From positions 10,859-74,858 of the forward strand of contig SVQY01000001.1 in the NCBI GenBank assembly GCA_015065135.1: a DNA stretch of 64,000 nt. The letters are read 5' to 3'. Position numbers and translations under genes: made by a program. Below are positions 1 to 9,094 of the stretch, in pieces. Each line of letters opens with the position of its first letter. Within the stretch, counting starts at the first letter, position 1. Origin of the DNA: Oscillospiraceae bacterium. GTDB taxonomy: Bacteria; Bacillota; Clostridia; Oscillospirales; CAG-272. The notes beneath the pieces are model-generated. The model searched no databases. It was given only the letters and a program-made list of their open reading frames with translations, and had not been told where the DNA came from.

Positions 1-630
1 TTGCCCTGTCATATGTCCCTTTTCCACAGCGTGGATCCCGCCCGTCACGGCACCACCACCAACGTTTATATGCCTCAGGTACGCCCCATTGACGGACTGG
101 TAGACGTGCTGGCTGCCGCCAAGAAAAAGTGCGGATTTTTCTATACGTGGGAGCAATTACGTGACATTGCGCGCCCCGGCAAATGGAATGCCGTTGAATA
201 TCTGCGTTGCTCGCAATATCAGGATGCCAACCAGTTGATCACGCCGCGCGCCATTCGCTATATCAGGGAGCAAAGCCCTGATTTTGTGTTCCTCTACCTT
301 GCCGATACCGATGATACGGGACACGCTTTCGGATGGATGGGCAAGGAGTATATGCAGGACACTTACGATGCCATCGAGTGCGTGAAGCAGGTCTATGACA
401 GCTTCGGCGACGATTACACCTTCGTATTCCTGGCCGACCACGGCGGACACGACCGCACCCACGGCACCGAGAGCCCCGAGGATATGACCATTCCGCTCTT
501 CTTCTTCGGCAAGCCCTTTGCCAAGGGCAAGGTGCTGGAGGAGGCATCCATCAAGGACGTGGCACCCACCATCGCCAAGCTGATGGAGGTAGAGCCCGCC
601 GAGGAGTGGGAGGGTACGTCCCATGCATAA
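1..630 (+). CDS. Alkaline-phosphatase-superfamily phosphodiesterase / nucleotide pyrophosphatase (3' part; 5' end probably outside window)
   Basis: ORF is open from base 1. Motifs LADTDDTGHAFGW and FLADHGGHDRTHG resemble the metal-site motifs of the type I phosphodiesterase/AlkP family. Confidence 0.6.
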   Translation: MPCHMSLFHSVDPARHGTTTNVYMPQVRPIDGLVDVLAAAKKKCGFFYTWEQLRDIARPGKWNAVEYLRCSQYQDANQLITPRAIRYIREQSPDFVFLYLADTDDTGHAFGWMGKEYMQDTYDAIECVKQVYDSFGDDYTFVFLADHGGHDRTHGTESPEDMTIPLFFFGKPFAKGKVLEEASIKDVAPTIAKLMEVEPAEEWEGTSHA

Positions 631-1423
631 GGATGCAAATGCGCAGGCCGTGCTTTCCGACATCCCTCCCTTCCGACTGTTTGAAAACATTTATTTTGTA
701 GGCAGCACCAAGGTCTCGGTCCACGTGATCGATACCGAGGAGGGGCTGGTGATGATCGATACCGGCTACCCCGTGATGCAGCAGCAGATCCTGCACAGCT
801 TGGCCGCGCTTGGCCTTGATCCTAAGCGGATCTGCGCCATTCTGCACTCTCACGGGCACTACGATCACATCGGCAACACGCAGTTTTTTGCTGCGCAAGG
901 CGGTGCCAGGACCTATATCAGCCGCGCTGACAACGAGATCGTCAACGGCACGCTGGATCTCTCCTGGGCAAGAGAGCTTGGCGAGGAGCCGCTACCCTTT
1001 TTCAACTGTGACACATTGGTCGAGGACGGCGACGTTTTCACCTTCGGCAGTACACGGGTGCGCTGTCTGCTGACACCCGGTCATACCGACGGTGTGCTTT
1101 CCTTTCTCATCACGCTGCCAAGCGGCAGGATCGCCGCAATGCACGGCGGCATTGGCCGAAACAGTATGGCCGCAAAGTTCCTGCAAAGCTATGGGCTTTC
1201 TCTTGATTGCCGCGAGCGCTTTCGCGAGGGGTTACACCGCCTTGCCAGCGAGCACGTGGATCTGGTGCTGGGCAACCATCCGCAGCAAAACGACACCGAG
1301 GGCAAACGCCTTGCCGTGCTGCAAGGGCGTTCTCCGCTGGATGCTGCCGAGTGGCAGCGCTTTCTTGCAAACGCCGAGAAAAAACTGGACGAGATGCTGA
1401 AAAAGGAAGCTTCTGAAAACTAA
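623..1423 (+). CDS. MBL-fold metallo-hydrolase
   Basis: HSHGHYDH zinc-binding motif and a later TPGHTDG motif. Overlaps the upstream ORF by 8 nt, suggesting an operon. Confidence 0.75.
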   Translation: MHKDANAQAVLSDIPPFRLFENIYFVGSTKVSVHVIDTEEGLVMIDTGYPVMQQQILHSLAALGLDPKRICAILHSHGHYDHIGNTQFFAAQGGARTYISRADNEIVNGTLDLSWARELGEEPLPFFNCDTLVEDGDVFTFGSTRVRCLLTPGHTDGVLSFLITLPSGRIAAMHGGIGRNSMAAKFLQSYGLSLDCRERFREGLHRLASEHVDLVLGNHPQQNDTEGKRLAVLQGRSPLDAAEWQRFLANAEKKLDEMLKKEASEN

Positions 1424-1451
1424 AAAAGGCGAGCATTTGCTCGCCTTTTTT
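1424..1451. terminator. Bidirectional intrinsic terminator between convergent genes
   Basis: Hairpin GGCGAGCA-tt-TGCTCGCC is flanked by an A-run and a T-run. Confidence 0.8.
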
Positions 1452-1470
1452 GCTGAAAAACGATACCGTT

Positions 1471-2325
1471 TCACTTTTTTTGAAACCGCTTGGCATATCC
1501 GCAGCGGCGGCAAAGCGCCTCCACGGCTCTTCTCTTGGTAAAGCCGTCATACATCGCACACGCCCGCGCACCCTCCAAAATCTCCTGCAGCGGTGTGTCA
1601 AACAGATTACCGAGCGCAAGTGACCCCTCGGCATCCAAACAGCAGGGCACCACCGTGCCATCGCATAGCACACCGATCTGATCACGCAGACCATAGCAAA
1701 AGATAGCCTCATCCAAAGGCGCCTCCGGCGCGGCTGCATCCGGCCAGTCAAAGCGCTGTCCCCATTCCAGAAAGAGCCTGTCCGCCAGGCGCATGCTGCT
1801 GCCGCCGCGCACCGCCCCCCACTCTCCGGGAAAGGCTGCGTGCAGCTGCTCCAGAACGGCAGCATTGCTCCGCTCATCCTCGCTTTGCAGGTTCCATAGT
1901 CTCAACGCCACGATGCAGCCGCCGGCAGCTGCCGCCTTGGCGAAGGCAATGCACTGCTCCAGATATTCCGGTGCCGCAAAGGCAGGGTTCGCAGCCGGTG
2001 CGTGCAAAGAGATGCTGATCTTATAAGGCAGCTTTTCCAATACCGTCCGGCCACTTTTTTGCAGCAATGCGCCGTTGGTGGTGATCATTGGGCGAAAGCC
2101 CTTTTCCCATGCGCGTTTCACAAATTGCCCCAATAACGGGTGGAGAAACGGCTCACCCATCAAATGAAAATAAAGGTAGGTGACCTGCCCGGCAAGCGCA
2201 TCGGTGAGCTGCTCGAACTCTGCCTCGGTCAGCATCCGCCTTTCTCGGCGCGTGCCGTGACAAAAGCTACATTGCAGATTGCAGATATTGGTGATCTCTA
2301 AAAAAGCCTTGTCAATATGCCGCAC
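1471..2325 (-). CDS. Radical SAM / SPASM-domain protein
   Basis: CNLQCSFCHG (CxxxCxxC) cluster near the N-terminus and C-terminal Cys motifs (PCCLD, CRRCGY). GTG start is preceded by GGGAGGGG. Confidence 0.75.
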   Translation of the reverse strand: MRHIDKAFLEITNICNLQCSFCHGTRRERRMLTEAEFEQLTDALAGQVTYLYFHLMGEPFLHPLLGQFVKRAWEKGFRPMITTNGALLQKSGRTVLEKLPYKISISLHAPAANPAFAAPEYLEQCIAFAKAAAAGGCIVALRLWNLQSEDERSNAAVLEQLHAAFPGEWGAVRGGSSMRLADRLFLEWGQRFDWPDAAAPEAPLDEAIFCYGLRDQIGVLCDGTVVPCCLDAEGSLALGNLFDTPLQEILEGARACAMYDGFTKRRAVEALCRRCGYAKRFQKK

Positions 2326-2402
2326 GCTCTCCCCTCCCTTCCTTTTTTCCTATTATATCACGCGCAGAGTGGATTGTAAAGCGCCGACAGTCTTAAAACG
2401 TC

Positions 2403-2431
2403 TTGACATTTTCCAAAAGCTTTTTTATAAT
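2403..2431 (+). promoter_or_regulatory. Sigma-70-type promoter of TIM-barrel paralog 1
   Basis: TTGACA (2403-2408), 17-nt spacer, TATAAT (2426-2431). The spacer contains the palindrome AAAAGCTTTT (2415-2424). Confidence 0.7.
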
Positions 2432-2490
2432 GATAGCAGATACAAGCGAGAGTGCTCTCTTGCAAAGTCCATGTTATTTGGGAGGTCAAA

Positions 2491-3417
2491 ATGCTGAAAA
2501 TCAGTGTACAGTCTGCCGGTTGGTACAAAAAGGACGATCCCGACGGCTCCTTTGCCTTTATCAAGAAATGCGGCTTTGAGGCCGTAGACTTTAACATCGA
2601 CCATTACCTCTCGGTCAAAGCACTACTCAAAAGCGAGGCGGAGCCGATCTCCTTTTTCGATCAGCCCACCGAGGATATTCTGACATTCTTCACCCCTTTG
2701 AAGGAGGCGGCCGAAAGGCACGGCATCAGCTTTGCCCAGATGCACGCCCCCGCACCCGTTTGGATCCCCGACCGCCCCGAGCTGACCGATTACATTCTTA
2801 TGTCTGTGGAAAAGTGCCTGGAGGTATGCCGCTTTGTGGGCTGCCCCGCCCTGGTGGTGCATCCCGACCGTCAGCGGAACAAGGACGACGAGTGGGAGCA
2901 CAATATGAGTATGTACCGCAAGCTGATCCCCGCCGCCGTGCGCACCGGGGTCAAGGTCTGCCTGGAAAATCTACCCACCCACTTCAACGGGCGGCTGACC
3001 GACGGCGTTTGCAACAGCGGCGAGGAGGTCTGCCGCTACATCGACACCCTGAACGCAGAGGCCGGTGCGGAGGTCTTCGGCTACTGCTTTGACGTGGGTC
3101 ACGCCAATATGATGGGCAACAACCTCTACGACCATATCACCAAGGTAGGGCATCGCCTCACCTGCCTGCACATCCACGACAACAACGGCACCGCCGACTG
3201 GCACACCGCCCCCTACACCTGTGTAGCGCCTGCGGGCCTGCAGACCGACTGGGAGGGCTTTATCCTCGCGCTGCGGGAGATCGGCTATCGGGGCGATCTG
3301 AACTTTGAGACCTTCCGCGTCATGCGCCATCTGCCAAAGCCCCTGCACGAAAAAATGCTTTCCTATATCGCCGAGGTGGGTCGCTACTTCCGCGATCAGA
3401 TCCTTGCGGAGGAATAA
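2491..3417 (+). CDS. Sugar phosphate isomerase/epimerase, xylose-isomerase-like TIM barrel (paralog 1 of 4)
   Basis: GGAGG lies 6 nt before ATG 2491. Motifs VVHP, CLENL, DVGHAN, LHIHDN and FETF match the metal-ligand pattern of the AP-endonuclease-2/xylose-isomerase-like fold. Confidence 0.8.
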   Translation: MLKISVQSAGWYKKDDPDGSFAFIKKCGFEAVDFNIDHYLSVKALLKSEAEPISFFDQPTEDILTFFTPLKEAAERHGISFAQMHAPAPVWIPDRPELTDYILMSVEKCLEVCRFVGCPALVVHPDRQRNKDDEWEHNMSMYRKLIPAAVRTGVKVCLENLPTHFNGRLTDGVCNSGEEVCRYIDTLNAEAGAEVFGYCFDVGHANMMGNNLYDHITKVGHRLTCLHIHDNNGTADWHTAPYTCVAPAGLQTDWEGFILALREIGYRGDLNFETFRVMRHLPKPLHEKMLSYIAEVGRYFRDQILAEE

Positions 3418-3423
3418 CGGCTT

Positions 3424-3459
3424 CAAGCAGCCGCGCATAGCGTGGCTGCTTGTTTTTTT
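3424..3459 (+). terminator. Intrinsic terminator after paralog 1
   Basis: Hairpin CAAGCAGCC...GGCTGCTTG followed by T7. Confidence 0.75.
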
Positions 3460-3478
3460 ATAAAATTTTCCGAATGCC

Positions 3479-3507
3479 TTGACATTCGGAAAAAGCTTTT
3501 TTATAAT
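3479..3507 (+). promoter_or_regulatory. Sigma-70-type promoter of TIM-barrel paralog 2 (duplicate of the 2403 promoter)
   Basis: TTGACA (3479-3484), 17-nt spacer, TATAAT (3502-3507). The spacer palindrome is AAAAAGCTTTTT. The inverted repeat CCGAATG/CATTCGG (3470-3489) straddles the -35 box. Confidence 0.7.
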
Positions 3508-3570
3508 GAAGGTAACTGCAAGGAAAGGGCAATCCCCTTGCGGAATTTATAACCCTTGGAGGTTTTTATT

Positions 3571-4503
3571 ATGCTGAAAATCGGTGTGCAGTCCGCCGGC
3601 TGGTACAATAAGGATGACCCCGACGGCTCCTTTGCCTTTATCAAATCCTGCGGCTTTGATGCAACGGACTTCAACATTGATCACTACCTTTCCACCGGCG
3701 CGCTAGCAAAAAGCCCCGACGCCCCCCACTCCTTCTTTGACAAGAGCATTGAGGAGATCCTGGAGTTCTTCACGCCCCTGAAGGAGGCATCCGAAAAGCA
3801 CGGCGTTGCCATTGCGCAGATGCACGCGCCCTTCCCGGTCTGGGTCAAGGACCGTGAGGACATCACCGATCACGCGCTGATGGCTGTGGAAAAGTGCCTG
3901 CAGGTCTGTGAGTACGTGGGCTGCCCTGCCATCGTGGTGCATCCCGTGGGTCGCTCCACCAAGGAAAAGGAGATCGCCTGCAATCTGGAGATCTACCGCC
4001 GTCTGATGCCCATGGCCGTTAAGACCGGTGTGAAGATCTGCCTTGAAAATCTGTTTAGCGGTTATAAGGGCCGTGTGACCGAGGGCCCCTGCTCCGACGT
4101 GAGCGAGGCCTGCTGGTATATCGACACCTTGAACGCAGAGGCCGGCTGCGACGCCTTTGGCTTCTGCCTTGACGTGGGTCACGCCAATCTGCTTGGTCGC
4201 AACATAAAGGAATACATCAAAAAGCTGGGCAAGCGCCTGACCGTTCTGCACATTCACGATAATGATGCCAGATACGACCTGCACGGTATGCCCTACACCT
4301 TTACCCGCAACTGGGGCGCAGACTGGATCTGCGACTGGGACGGCTTTGTGGAGGGGCTGAAGGAGATCGGCTATGAGGGCGCCCTCGGCTTTGAGACCTT
4401 CCGTGTGATCTGCTCCAACTTCCCCCGTCCCCTCTGGCCCGAGGCTCTGAAGCTGATCAGCGCCACCGGCCGCTACTGGGCAAGCCGCATCGAAGCGAAA
4501 TAA
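3571..4503 (+). CDS. Sugar phosphate isomerase/epimerase, xylose-isomerase-like TIM barrel (paralog 2 of 4)
   Basis: GGAGG precedes ATG 3571. Roughly half of the residues are identical to paralog 1 by eye, and the motif set is the same (VVHP, CLENL, DVGHAN, LHIHDN, FETF). Confidence 0.8.
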   Translation: MLKIGVQSAGWYNKDDPDGSFAFIKSCGFDATDFNIDHYLSTGALAKSPDAPHSFFDKSIEEILEFFTPLKEASEKHGVAIAQMHAPFPVWVKDREDITDHALMAVEKCLQVCEYVGCPAIVVHPVGRSTKEKEIACNLEIYRRLMPMAVKTGVKICLENLFSGYKGRVTEGPCSDVSEACWYIDTLNAEAGCDAFGFCLDVGHANLLGRNIKEYIKKLGKRLTVLHIHDNDARYDLHGMPYTFTRNWGADWICDWDGFVEGLKEIGYEGALGFETFRVICSNFPRPLWPEALKLISATGRYWASRIEAK

Positions 4504-4515
4504 GGAGAAGGAACT

Positions 4516-5442
4516 ATGCTGAAGATCTGTGTACAAACGGGCGGCAGCGGCTACAACCCCTACGATCCCGCCCCCGGCTTTGCCATGCTGAAAAAATGCG
4601 GCTTTGACTCGGTGGACTACAACACCGGCTATCTGCTGCCCGGCTCTGCCATCACCAAAGGGCCTCTCACCGAGTTCTTTGATCAGGATAAGGAGGGCAT
4701 CCTGGCACACTTTGCCCCCATCAAGGCTGCCGCTGAGGAAAACGGCATCGACTTTTCTCAGATGCACGCACCCTTCCCCGTCTGGGTCAAGGACAAGGAG
4801 GACGTGAACGCCTATATGATCACCGTGGTGGAAAAGCTCTGCCGCGTCTGCGCGTTTCTTGGCTGTCCCGCCCTTGTGGTGCACCCTATCAGTCGCACCC
4901 TGAAGGAGGACGAGATCTCCACCAACTTCGCTCTCTATCGGGCGCTGATCCCCGTGGCCAAGGAGACCGGTGTCAAGATCTGCCTGGAGAATATGTTCGT
5001 GAACTTTAACGGACATATGCTGGAGGGCTCCTGCGCCGATGCCGCCGAGGTATGCAACTATATCGACACCCTGAACGCAGAGGCAGGCGCGGATTGCTTC
5101 GGCTACTGCCTGGACGTGGGTCACGCCAATCTGATGGGCAAAAATCTCCGCCGCTTTGTCCGCGCACTGGGTCACAGACTGACCGTGCTGCACATCCACG
5201 AGAACAACGGCATTCTGGATCAGCATCTGGCGCCCTACACCCAGACCGCTGTCTCCACCACCAAGAACGCCATGGACTGGGAGGGCTTTCTCCTGGGTCT
5301 GCGGGAGATCGGCTACAAGGGAGACCTCAGCTTTGAGACCTTCCACGCAACCGACCTGACCCCCGCTCCCCTCCGCCCCGCTATCCTGACCTACATTGCC
5401 GCCATCGGCCGCTACTGGGCGGACCGCATTACGGCGGAATAA
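4516..5442 (+). CDS. Sugar phosphate isomerase/epimerase, xylose-isomerase-like TIM barrel (paralog 3 of 4)
   Basis: Starts 12 nt after paralog 2 with AAGGAGAAGG upstream. Same conserved motif set as the other paralogs. Confidence 0.8.
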   Translation: MLKICVQTGGSGYNPYDPAPGFAMLKKCGFDSVDYNTGYLLPGSAITKGPLTEFFDQDKEGILAHFAPIKAAAEENGIDFSQMHAPFPVWVKDKEDVNAYMITVVEKLCRVCAFLGCPALVVHPISRTLKEDEISTNFALYRALIPVAKETGVKICLENMFVNFNGHMLEGSCADAAEVCNYIDTLNAEAGADCFGYCLDVGHANLMGKNLRRFVRALGHRLTVLHIHENNGILDQHLAPYTQTAVSTTKNAMDWEGFLLGLREIGYKGDLSFETFHATDLTPAPLRPAILTYIAAIGRYWADRITAE

Positions 5443-5447
5443 CCCCT

Positions 5448-5476
5448 TCCCCCGAGCAAAACTCGGGGGAATTTTC
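5448..5476 (+). terminator. Hairpin (weak terminator or attenuator) between paralogs 3 and 4
   Basis: Stem TCCCCCGAG/CTCGGGGGA with a 5-nt loop, followed by ATTTTC. Confidence 0.45.
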
Positions 5477-5523
5477 AAAAAACGCATACCGTTTTCACTT
5501 TTTGATGCAAGGAGGAGCTTTTT

Positions 5524-6450
5524 ATGCTCGAGATCAGCGTGCAGACCGGCGGTCTGCAATATGACGATCGCAACGCCGATGAGGTGTTCGGCATGCTGGC
5601 AGCCGCCGGCTTTGAGGCAATGGATTTCAACATTGATCCCCACCTGCCCCCCAATGCCATTTCCAAGGGGCCGCTCACCGACTTTTTCGATCAGTCGGTA
5701 GAAAGCTTGATCGACTATTATCGCCCCGTAAAGGCAGCGGCGGAGAAGCACGGCATCGCTTTCGGGCAGATGCACGCCCCCTTTCCGCTTTGGGTGGAGG
5801 GCAAGCCGGAGGTCAATGACTATATGATCACGGTGGTGGATAAGTGCGCCGCCCTCTGTCAATTCTTAGGCTGCCCCCAGCTGGTGGTGCATCCCATCAC
5901 CCGCCCCACCAAGGAGGAGGAGTGGGAGGTCAACATGGCCATGTACCGCGCCATGATCCCTACGGGCAAGAAATACGGTGTGAAGCTCTGCCTGGAGAAC
6001 CTGCCTCACGGCGCACGCGGTCGCACCGTGGAGGGCGTCTGCTGCGATGCCGCCGAGGTCTGCCGCTATCTGGATACCCTCAACGCCGAGGCGGGGGAGG
6101 AGGTCTTCGGCTTTTGCTTTGACCTTGGCCACGCCAACATTCTGGGGCTGCGCATCCGCGATTATCTGAAGGGCATCGGACAACGCCTCACCTGTCTGCA
6201 CCTGCACGACAACAACGGCACCTCCGATTGGCACACCGCCCCCTACACCTGCATTGGCGGCGCTTACTACTCCACCGACTGGGAGGGGCTTTTGCAGGGG
6301 CTTGACGAGATAGGCTACCGCGGCACCCTCAATTTTGAGACCTTCCGCGCCACCAAGGGGCTGCCCCGCCGTCTGCAAAGGGAGATGCTCCACTACATTG
6401 CCGAGGTGGGCCGCTATTTCCGCGACCGCTTGCTCGGAAACGAGGTCTGA
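5524..6450 (+). CDS. Sugar phosphate isomerase/epimerase, xylose-isomerase-like TIM barrel (paralog 4 of 4)
   Basis: AAGGAGGAG RBS. Same motif set (VVHP, CLENL, DLGHAN, LHLHDN, FETF). Confidence 0.8.
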   Translation: MLEISVQTGGLQYDDRNADEVFGMLAAAGFEAMDFNIDPHLPPNAISKGPLTDFFDQSVESLIDYYRPVKAAAEKHGIAFGQMHAPFPLWVEGKPEVNDYMITVVDKCAALCQFLGCPQLVVHPITRPTKEEEWEVNMAMYRAMIPTGKKYGVKLCLENLPHGARGRTVEGVCCDAAEVCRYLDTLNAEAGEEVFGFCFDLGHANILGLRIRDYLKGIGQRLTCLHLHDNNGTSDWHTAPYTCIGGAYYSTDWEGLLQGLDEIGYRGTLNFETFRATKGLPRRLQREMLHYIAEVGRYFRDRLLGNEV

Positions 6451-6480
6451 TATCCGCAAAACACCCCCAAACGGGATGAA

Positions 6481-6517
6481 AAAACGCGCTCTGCCGAGTC
6501 GGCAGAGCGCGTTTTTT
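6481..6517. terminator. Bidirectional terminator between paralog 4 and lacI-family gene
   Basis: Hairpin AACGCGCTCTGCCGAGTCGGCAGAGCGCGTT with flanking A- and T-runs. Confidence 0.8.
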
Positions 6518-7493
6518 ATAGCTTCATGATGCTCTTACCCGCGTGGAACAGAGTGGGGATGGTCAAGGTCAACGGGCTATTGCTGCGCCCCTCCACCAGA
6601 CGGGTCTCGATCTCCCGCATGGCAAGGGCGCAGACCTCCTCGATCCGCCCGTCGATATACGCCACGTCCAGCTGCTCGTCCAAGGGGATGGGCACGCCGT
6701 CCATAGAGACCACCGAAAGGTCGTCGGGCAAAGCAAGTCCCCGGCGGCGCGCCTCCGCAATGATCCCTTGGGTCACATTGCCGTAAGCACCGAACACGGC
6801 GGTGGGCGGCTCGGGCAGCGCCATCAGCTGCGCCACGCCGTCGATGCCCGCCTCCTCAAACCGCTTTTGCGAGCGGATGAAATAGCGATCCTCTAAAAAA
6901 AGTCCGCAGTTTTTCAGACACGCATCCAATTTTTGCGCTTTTTTTAGGGTCAGCGGCTCGCTGACGTAGGCAATGCGACGGTGCCCGTTTTCCACCAGAT
7001 AGGACACCGCCTCGGCAAGCCCCGCCTGCAGCTCCGCGTTCACGCAAACGCCGTTTTCCCCCGCACCGTGACCGATATTGATGAAAACGGTCTTGCTGCC
7101 GCAGGGAAACTCGGTATAGCCCGAAACGGAGATCAGCGCATCCACCTTGCCGTGCTCGCTGTGATACTTGATCAGGGTATTTTCCATCTGCGGATCAAAA
7201 TTACTGATGGAAAGCAGCATGGTATAGCCGTTGCGATCGATGGCACGCTTGAATTCCTCAATAAATTTAATGTAGCATCGGCTGTCGATCTCGGGCACGA
7301 TCAGCGCCACCACAGGGCGCTCGTAGGGCGCGTTATAGAACTTCGCAAAGCAGCCGTGCTCTCTTGCCACCGCAAACACGTGCTCCCGCATGGCATCGCT
7401 GACACCCTCCTTGCCCGAAAAGGCCTTGGATGCCACAGAGACCGAGACGTTTGCAAGCTTGGCAAGACGGCTGAGCGTCATTTCACCGGACAT
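6516..7493 (-). CDS. LacI-family transcriptional regulator
   Basis: N-terminal HTH (MTLSRLAKLANVSVSVASKAFSG) followed by a periplasmic-binding-protein-like sugar-binding domain. The start was moved to ATG 7493, which has a GGAGG RBS; the 5' extension in the track has no RBS. Confidence 0.85.
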   Translation of the reverse strand: MSGEMTLSRLAKLANVSVSVASKAFSGKEGVSDAMREHVFAVAREHGCFAKFYNAPYERPVVALIVPEIDSRCYIKFIEEFKRAIDRNGYTMLLSISNFDPQMENTLIKYHSEHGKVDALISVSGYTEFPCGSKTVFINIGHGAGENGVCVNAELQAGLAEAVSYLVENGHRRIAYVSEPLTLKKAQKLDACLKNCGLFLEDRYFIRSQKRFEEAGIDGVAQLMALPEPPTAVFGAYGNVTQGIIAEARRRGLALPDDLSVVSMDGVPIPLDEQLDVAYIDGRIEEVCALAMREIETRLVEGRSNSPLTLTIPTLFHAGKSIMKL

Positions 7494-7523
7494 AGCGCAC
7501 CTCCTTTTGATAAGCTCCCTTTG

Positions 7524-7608
7524 ATTATAGCACGCCCCTTGCCCTTCGTCAAGAACAGAAAATTTTTCTGCGGGTTTTGCATTGACTTTCACGCCCGAGC
7601 ATTATAAA
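7524..7608. promoter_or_regulatory. Divergent promoter region with a central perfect palindrome (candidate operator)
   Basis: Minus-strand lacI promoter: TTGACG (7547-7552), 17 nt, TATAAT (7524-7529). Plus-strand GH promoter candidates: TTGCAT-17-CATTAT or TTGACT-15-TATAAA (7577-7608). The palindrome CAGAAAA-T-TTTTCTG (7556-7570) lies between them. Confidence 0.55.
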
Positions 7609-7641
7609 ATGGAGGTAACGACAGACAAGGAGGGTTCCCTT

Positions 7642-8928
7642 ATGGCAACCATCAGGCTTGACACAAGCAAACAACTGAAAAGCATAAAGCCCCTGCACGC
7701 AGGCGGTCAACCGCCCGTCACATCTGCGGCAAAGGACACCTATTTTCACTATCTCACCGAGGCGGGCATTCCCTACTCCCGTCTCCACGACGTGAGCGGT
7801 TCCTTCGGCGGCGGCAAGTATGTGGACATCCCCAATATTTTCCGCGATTTTGATGCGGACGTCAACGACCCCGCAAGCTATGACTTCACCTTCACCGACC
7901 TGCTTATAAAGCAGCTGGTCGAGGCAGGTGTCGAGCCCTACTATCGACTTGGCGTGACCATCGAAAACGCCGCACGTGTCAAGGCCTATTACGCCCACCC
8001 GCCGAGGGACTATGACAAATGGGCGCAGATCTGCGAGCATATCATCCGCCACTACACCGAGGGGTGGGCAGACGGTTATCACCACAAGATCGCCTATTGG
8101 GAGATCTGGAACGAGCCCGATAACGGTCGCCAGATGTGGTCGGGCAGCTTTGAGAACTACTACCGCCTGTACGATGTGACCGCAAAACACCTGAAAAAGT
8201 GCTTTGGCGACAAGATCAAGGTCGGCGGCTTTGCCTCCTGCGGCTTTTACGGCGTGGCAGGCGGCAACGATCCCTTCAACATGAAGCCCGAGCATTATCA
8301 AAGATATCTCGACTTCTTCCACGGCTTTATGGCATACGTAAAGGAGCAGAGCTCCCCCATCGACTTCTTCTCCTGGCACAGCTATGCCCCCACCATGAAC
8401 ACGATCCGCATGGACAAGTGGGTGGCTGAGCAGCTGGACACCTACGGCTACGGACACATTGAGAGCCACCTCAACGAGTGGAACCCCTTCCAGGAGGAGG
8501 CAGGCAACGGCCATCACGCCGCAGAGGTCGCCTCTACGCTGCTGGCCCTGCAGAACGGTCGCGCCGACATGACCTGCATCTACGATATGCGCATCGACGG
8601 CCCCGACTATTCCGCCTTCTTTGATGCGAAGACCAAGCTCCCTCACCAGACCTACTACACCTTCGTGGCATTCAATACCCTTTACAAATTGGGCACGCAG
8701 GTGGAATGCGTCAGCGACACCGACGGCGTCTTTGCCATCGCCGCCACCGACGGCAAGAAAAACGCCCTGATGCTCTCCAACATCAGCGGCACCAACCAAG
8801 CCCTCTCCATCGAGGGTGTTGACCTCACCGAGGCACGTGTCTCGTATATTGACGACCACCGTATGCTCTCCTGGGCGCCGAACGCGAGGGAGCTGAAAAA
8901 CAACAGCGTGGTGCTGATCGAATGGTGA
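7642..8928 (+). CDS. Clan GH-A (beta/alpha)8 glycoside hydrolase, GH39-like, cytoplasmic (paralog 1 of 3)
   Basis: AAGGAGGG RBS before ATG 7642. YWEIWNEPD (NEP acid/base) and SHLNEWN (candidate nucleophile Glu) motifs. No signal peptide. The family assignment is tentative. Confidence 0.65.
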   Translation: MATIRLDTSKQLKSIKPLHAGGQPPVTSAAKDTYFHYLTEAGIPYSRLHDVSGSFGGGKYVDIPNIFRDFDADVNDPASYDFTFTDLLIKQLVEAGVEPYYRLGVTIENAARVKAYYAHPPRDYDKWAQICEHIIRHYTEGWADGYHHKIAYWEIWNEPDNGRQMWSGSFENYYRLYDVTAKHLKKCFGDKIKVGGFASCGFYGVAGGNDPFNMKPEHYQRYLDFFHGFMAYVKEQSSPIDFFSWHSYAPTMNTIRMDKWVAEQLDTYGYGHIESHLNEWNPFQEEAGNGHHAAEVASTLLALQNGRADMTCIYDMRIDGPDYSAFFDAKTKLPHQTYYTFVAFNTLYKLGTQVECVSDTDGVFAIAATDGKKNALMLSNISGTNQALSIEGVDLTEARVSYIDDHRMLSWAPNARELKNNSVVLIEW

Positions 8929-8993
8929 GCACCGCGCCTCAACAAATCACGAACACGACCAACGACCGATCAAAAAAGCAGATCTCCGCAGCC

Positions 8994-9094
8994 GCTTTTC
9001 TTTTGACCCTATAGGCGCAAAAGAAAAGCTATCAAAAGAAAACGCCGTTTTATGGGGCGCCGCCCCATTCCCCGCCACCTTTTGAAAAAGGTGG
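8994..9094 (+). repeat. Three consecutive stem-loops in the spacer between GH paralogs 1 and 2
   Basis: Stems GCTTTTCTTTT/AAAAGAAAAGC (8994-9029), ATGGGG/CCCCAT (9052-9068) and CCACCTT/AAGGTGG (9075-9094). Confidence 0.6.

Noticed and set aside
7582-7641. 5' extensions of track ORFs: GH paralog 1 from 7582, lacI to 7592, TIM barrels from 2452 and 3556, yidC to 40543, giant paralog B to 62229, guaA to 25042, corA from 43172 and others.
   Set aside because: Internal ATG or GTG codons with well-spaced GGAGG-type RBS sequences, and alignment between paralogs, define shorter and more plausible starts. The extensions run into promoters or neighbouring genes.
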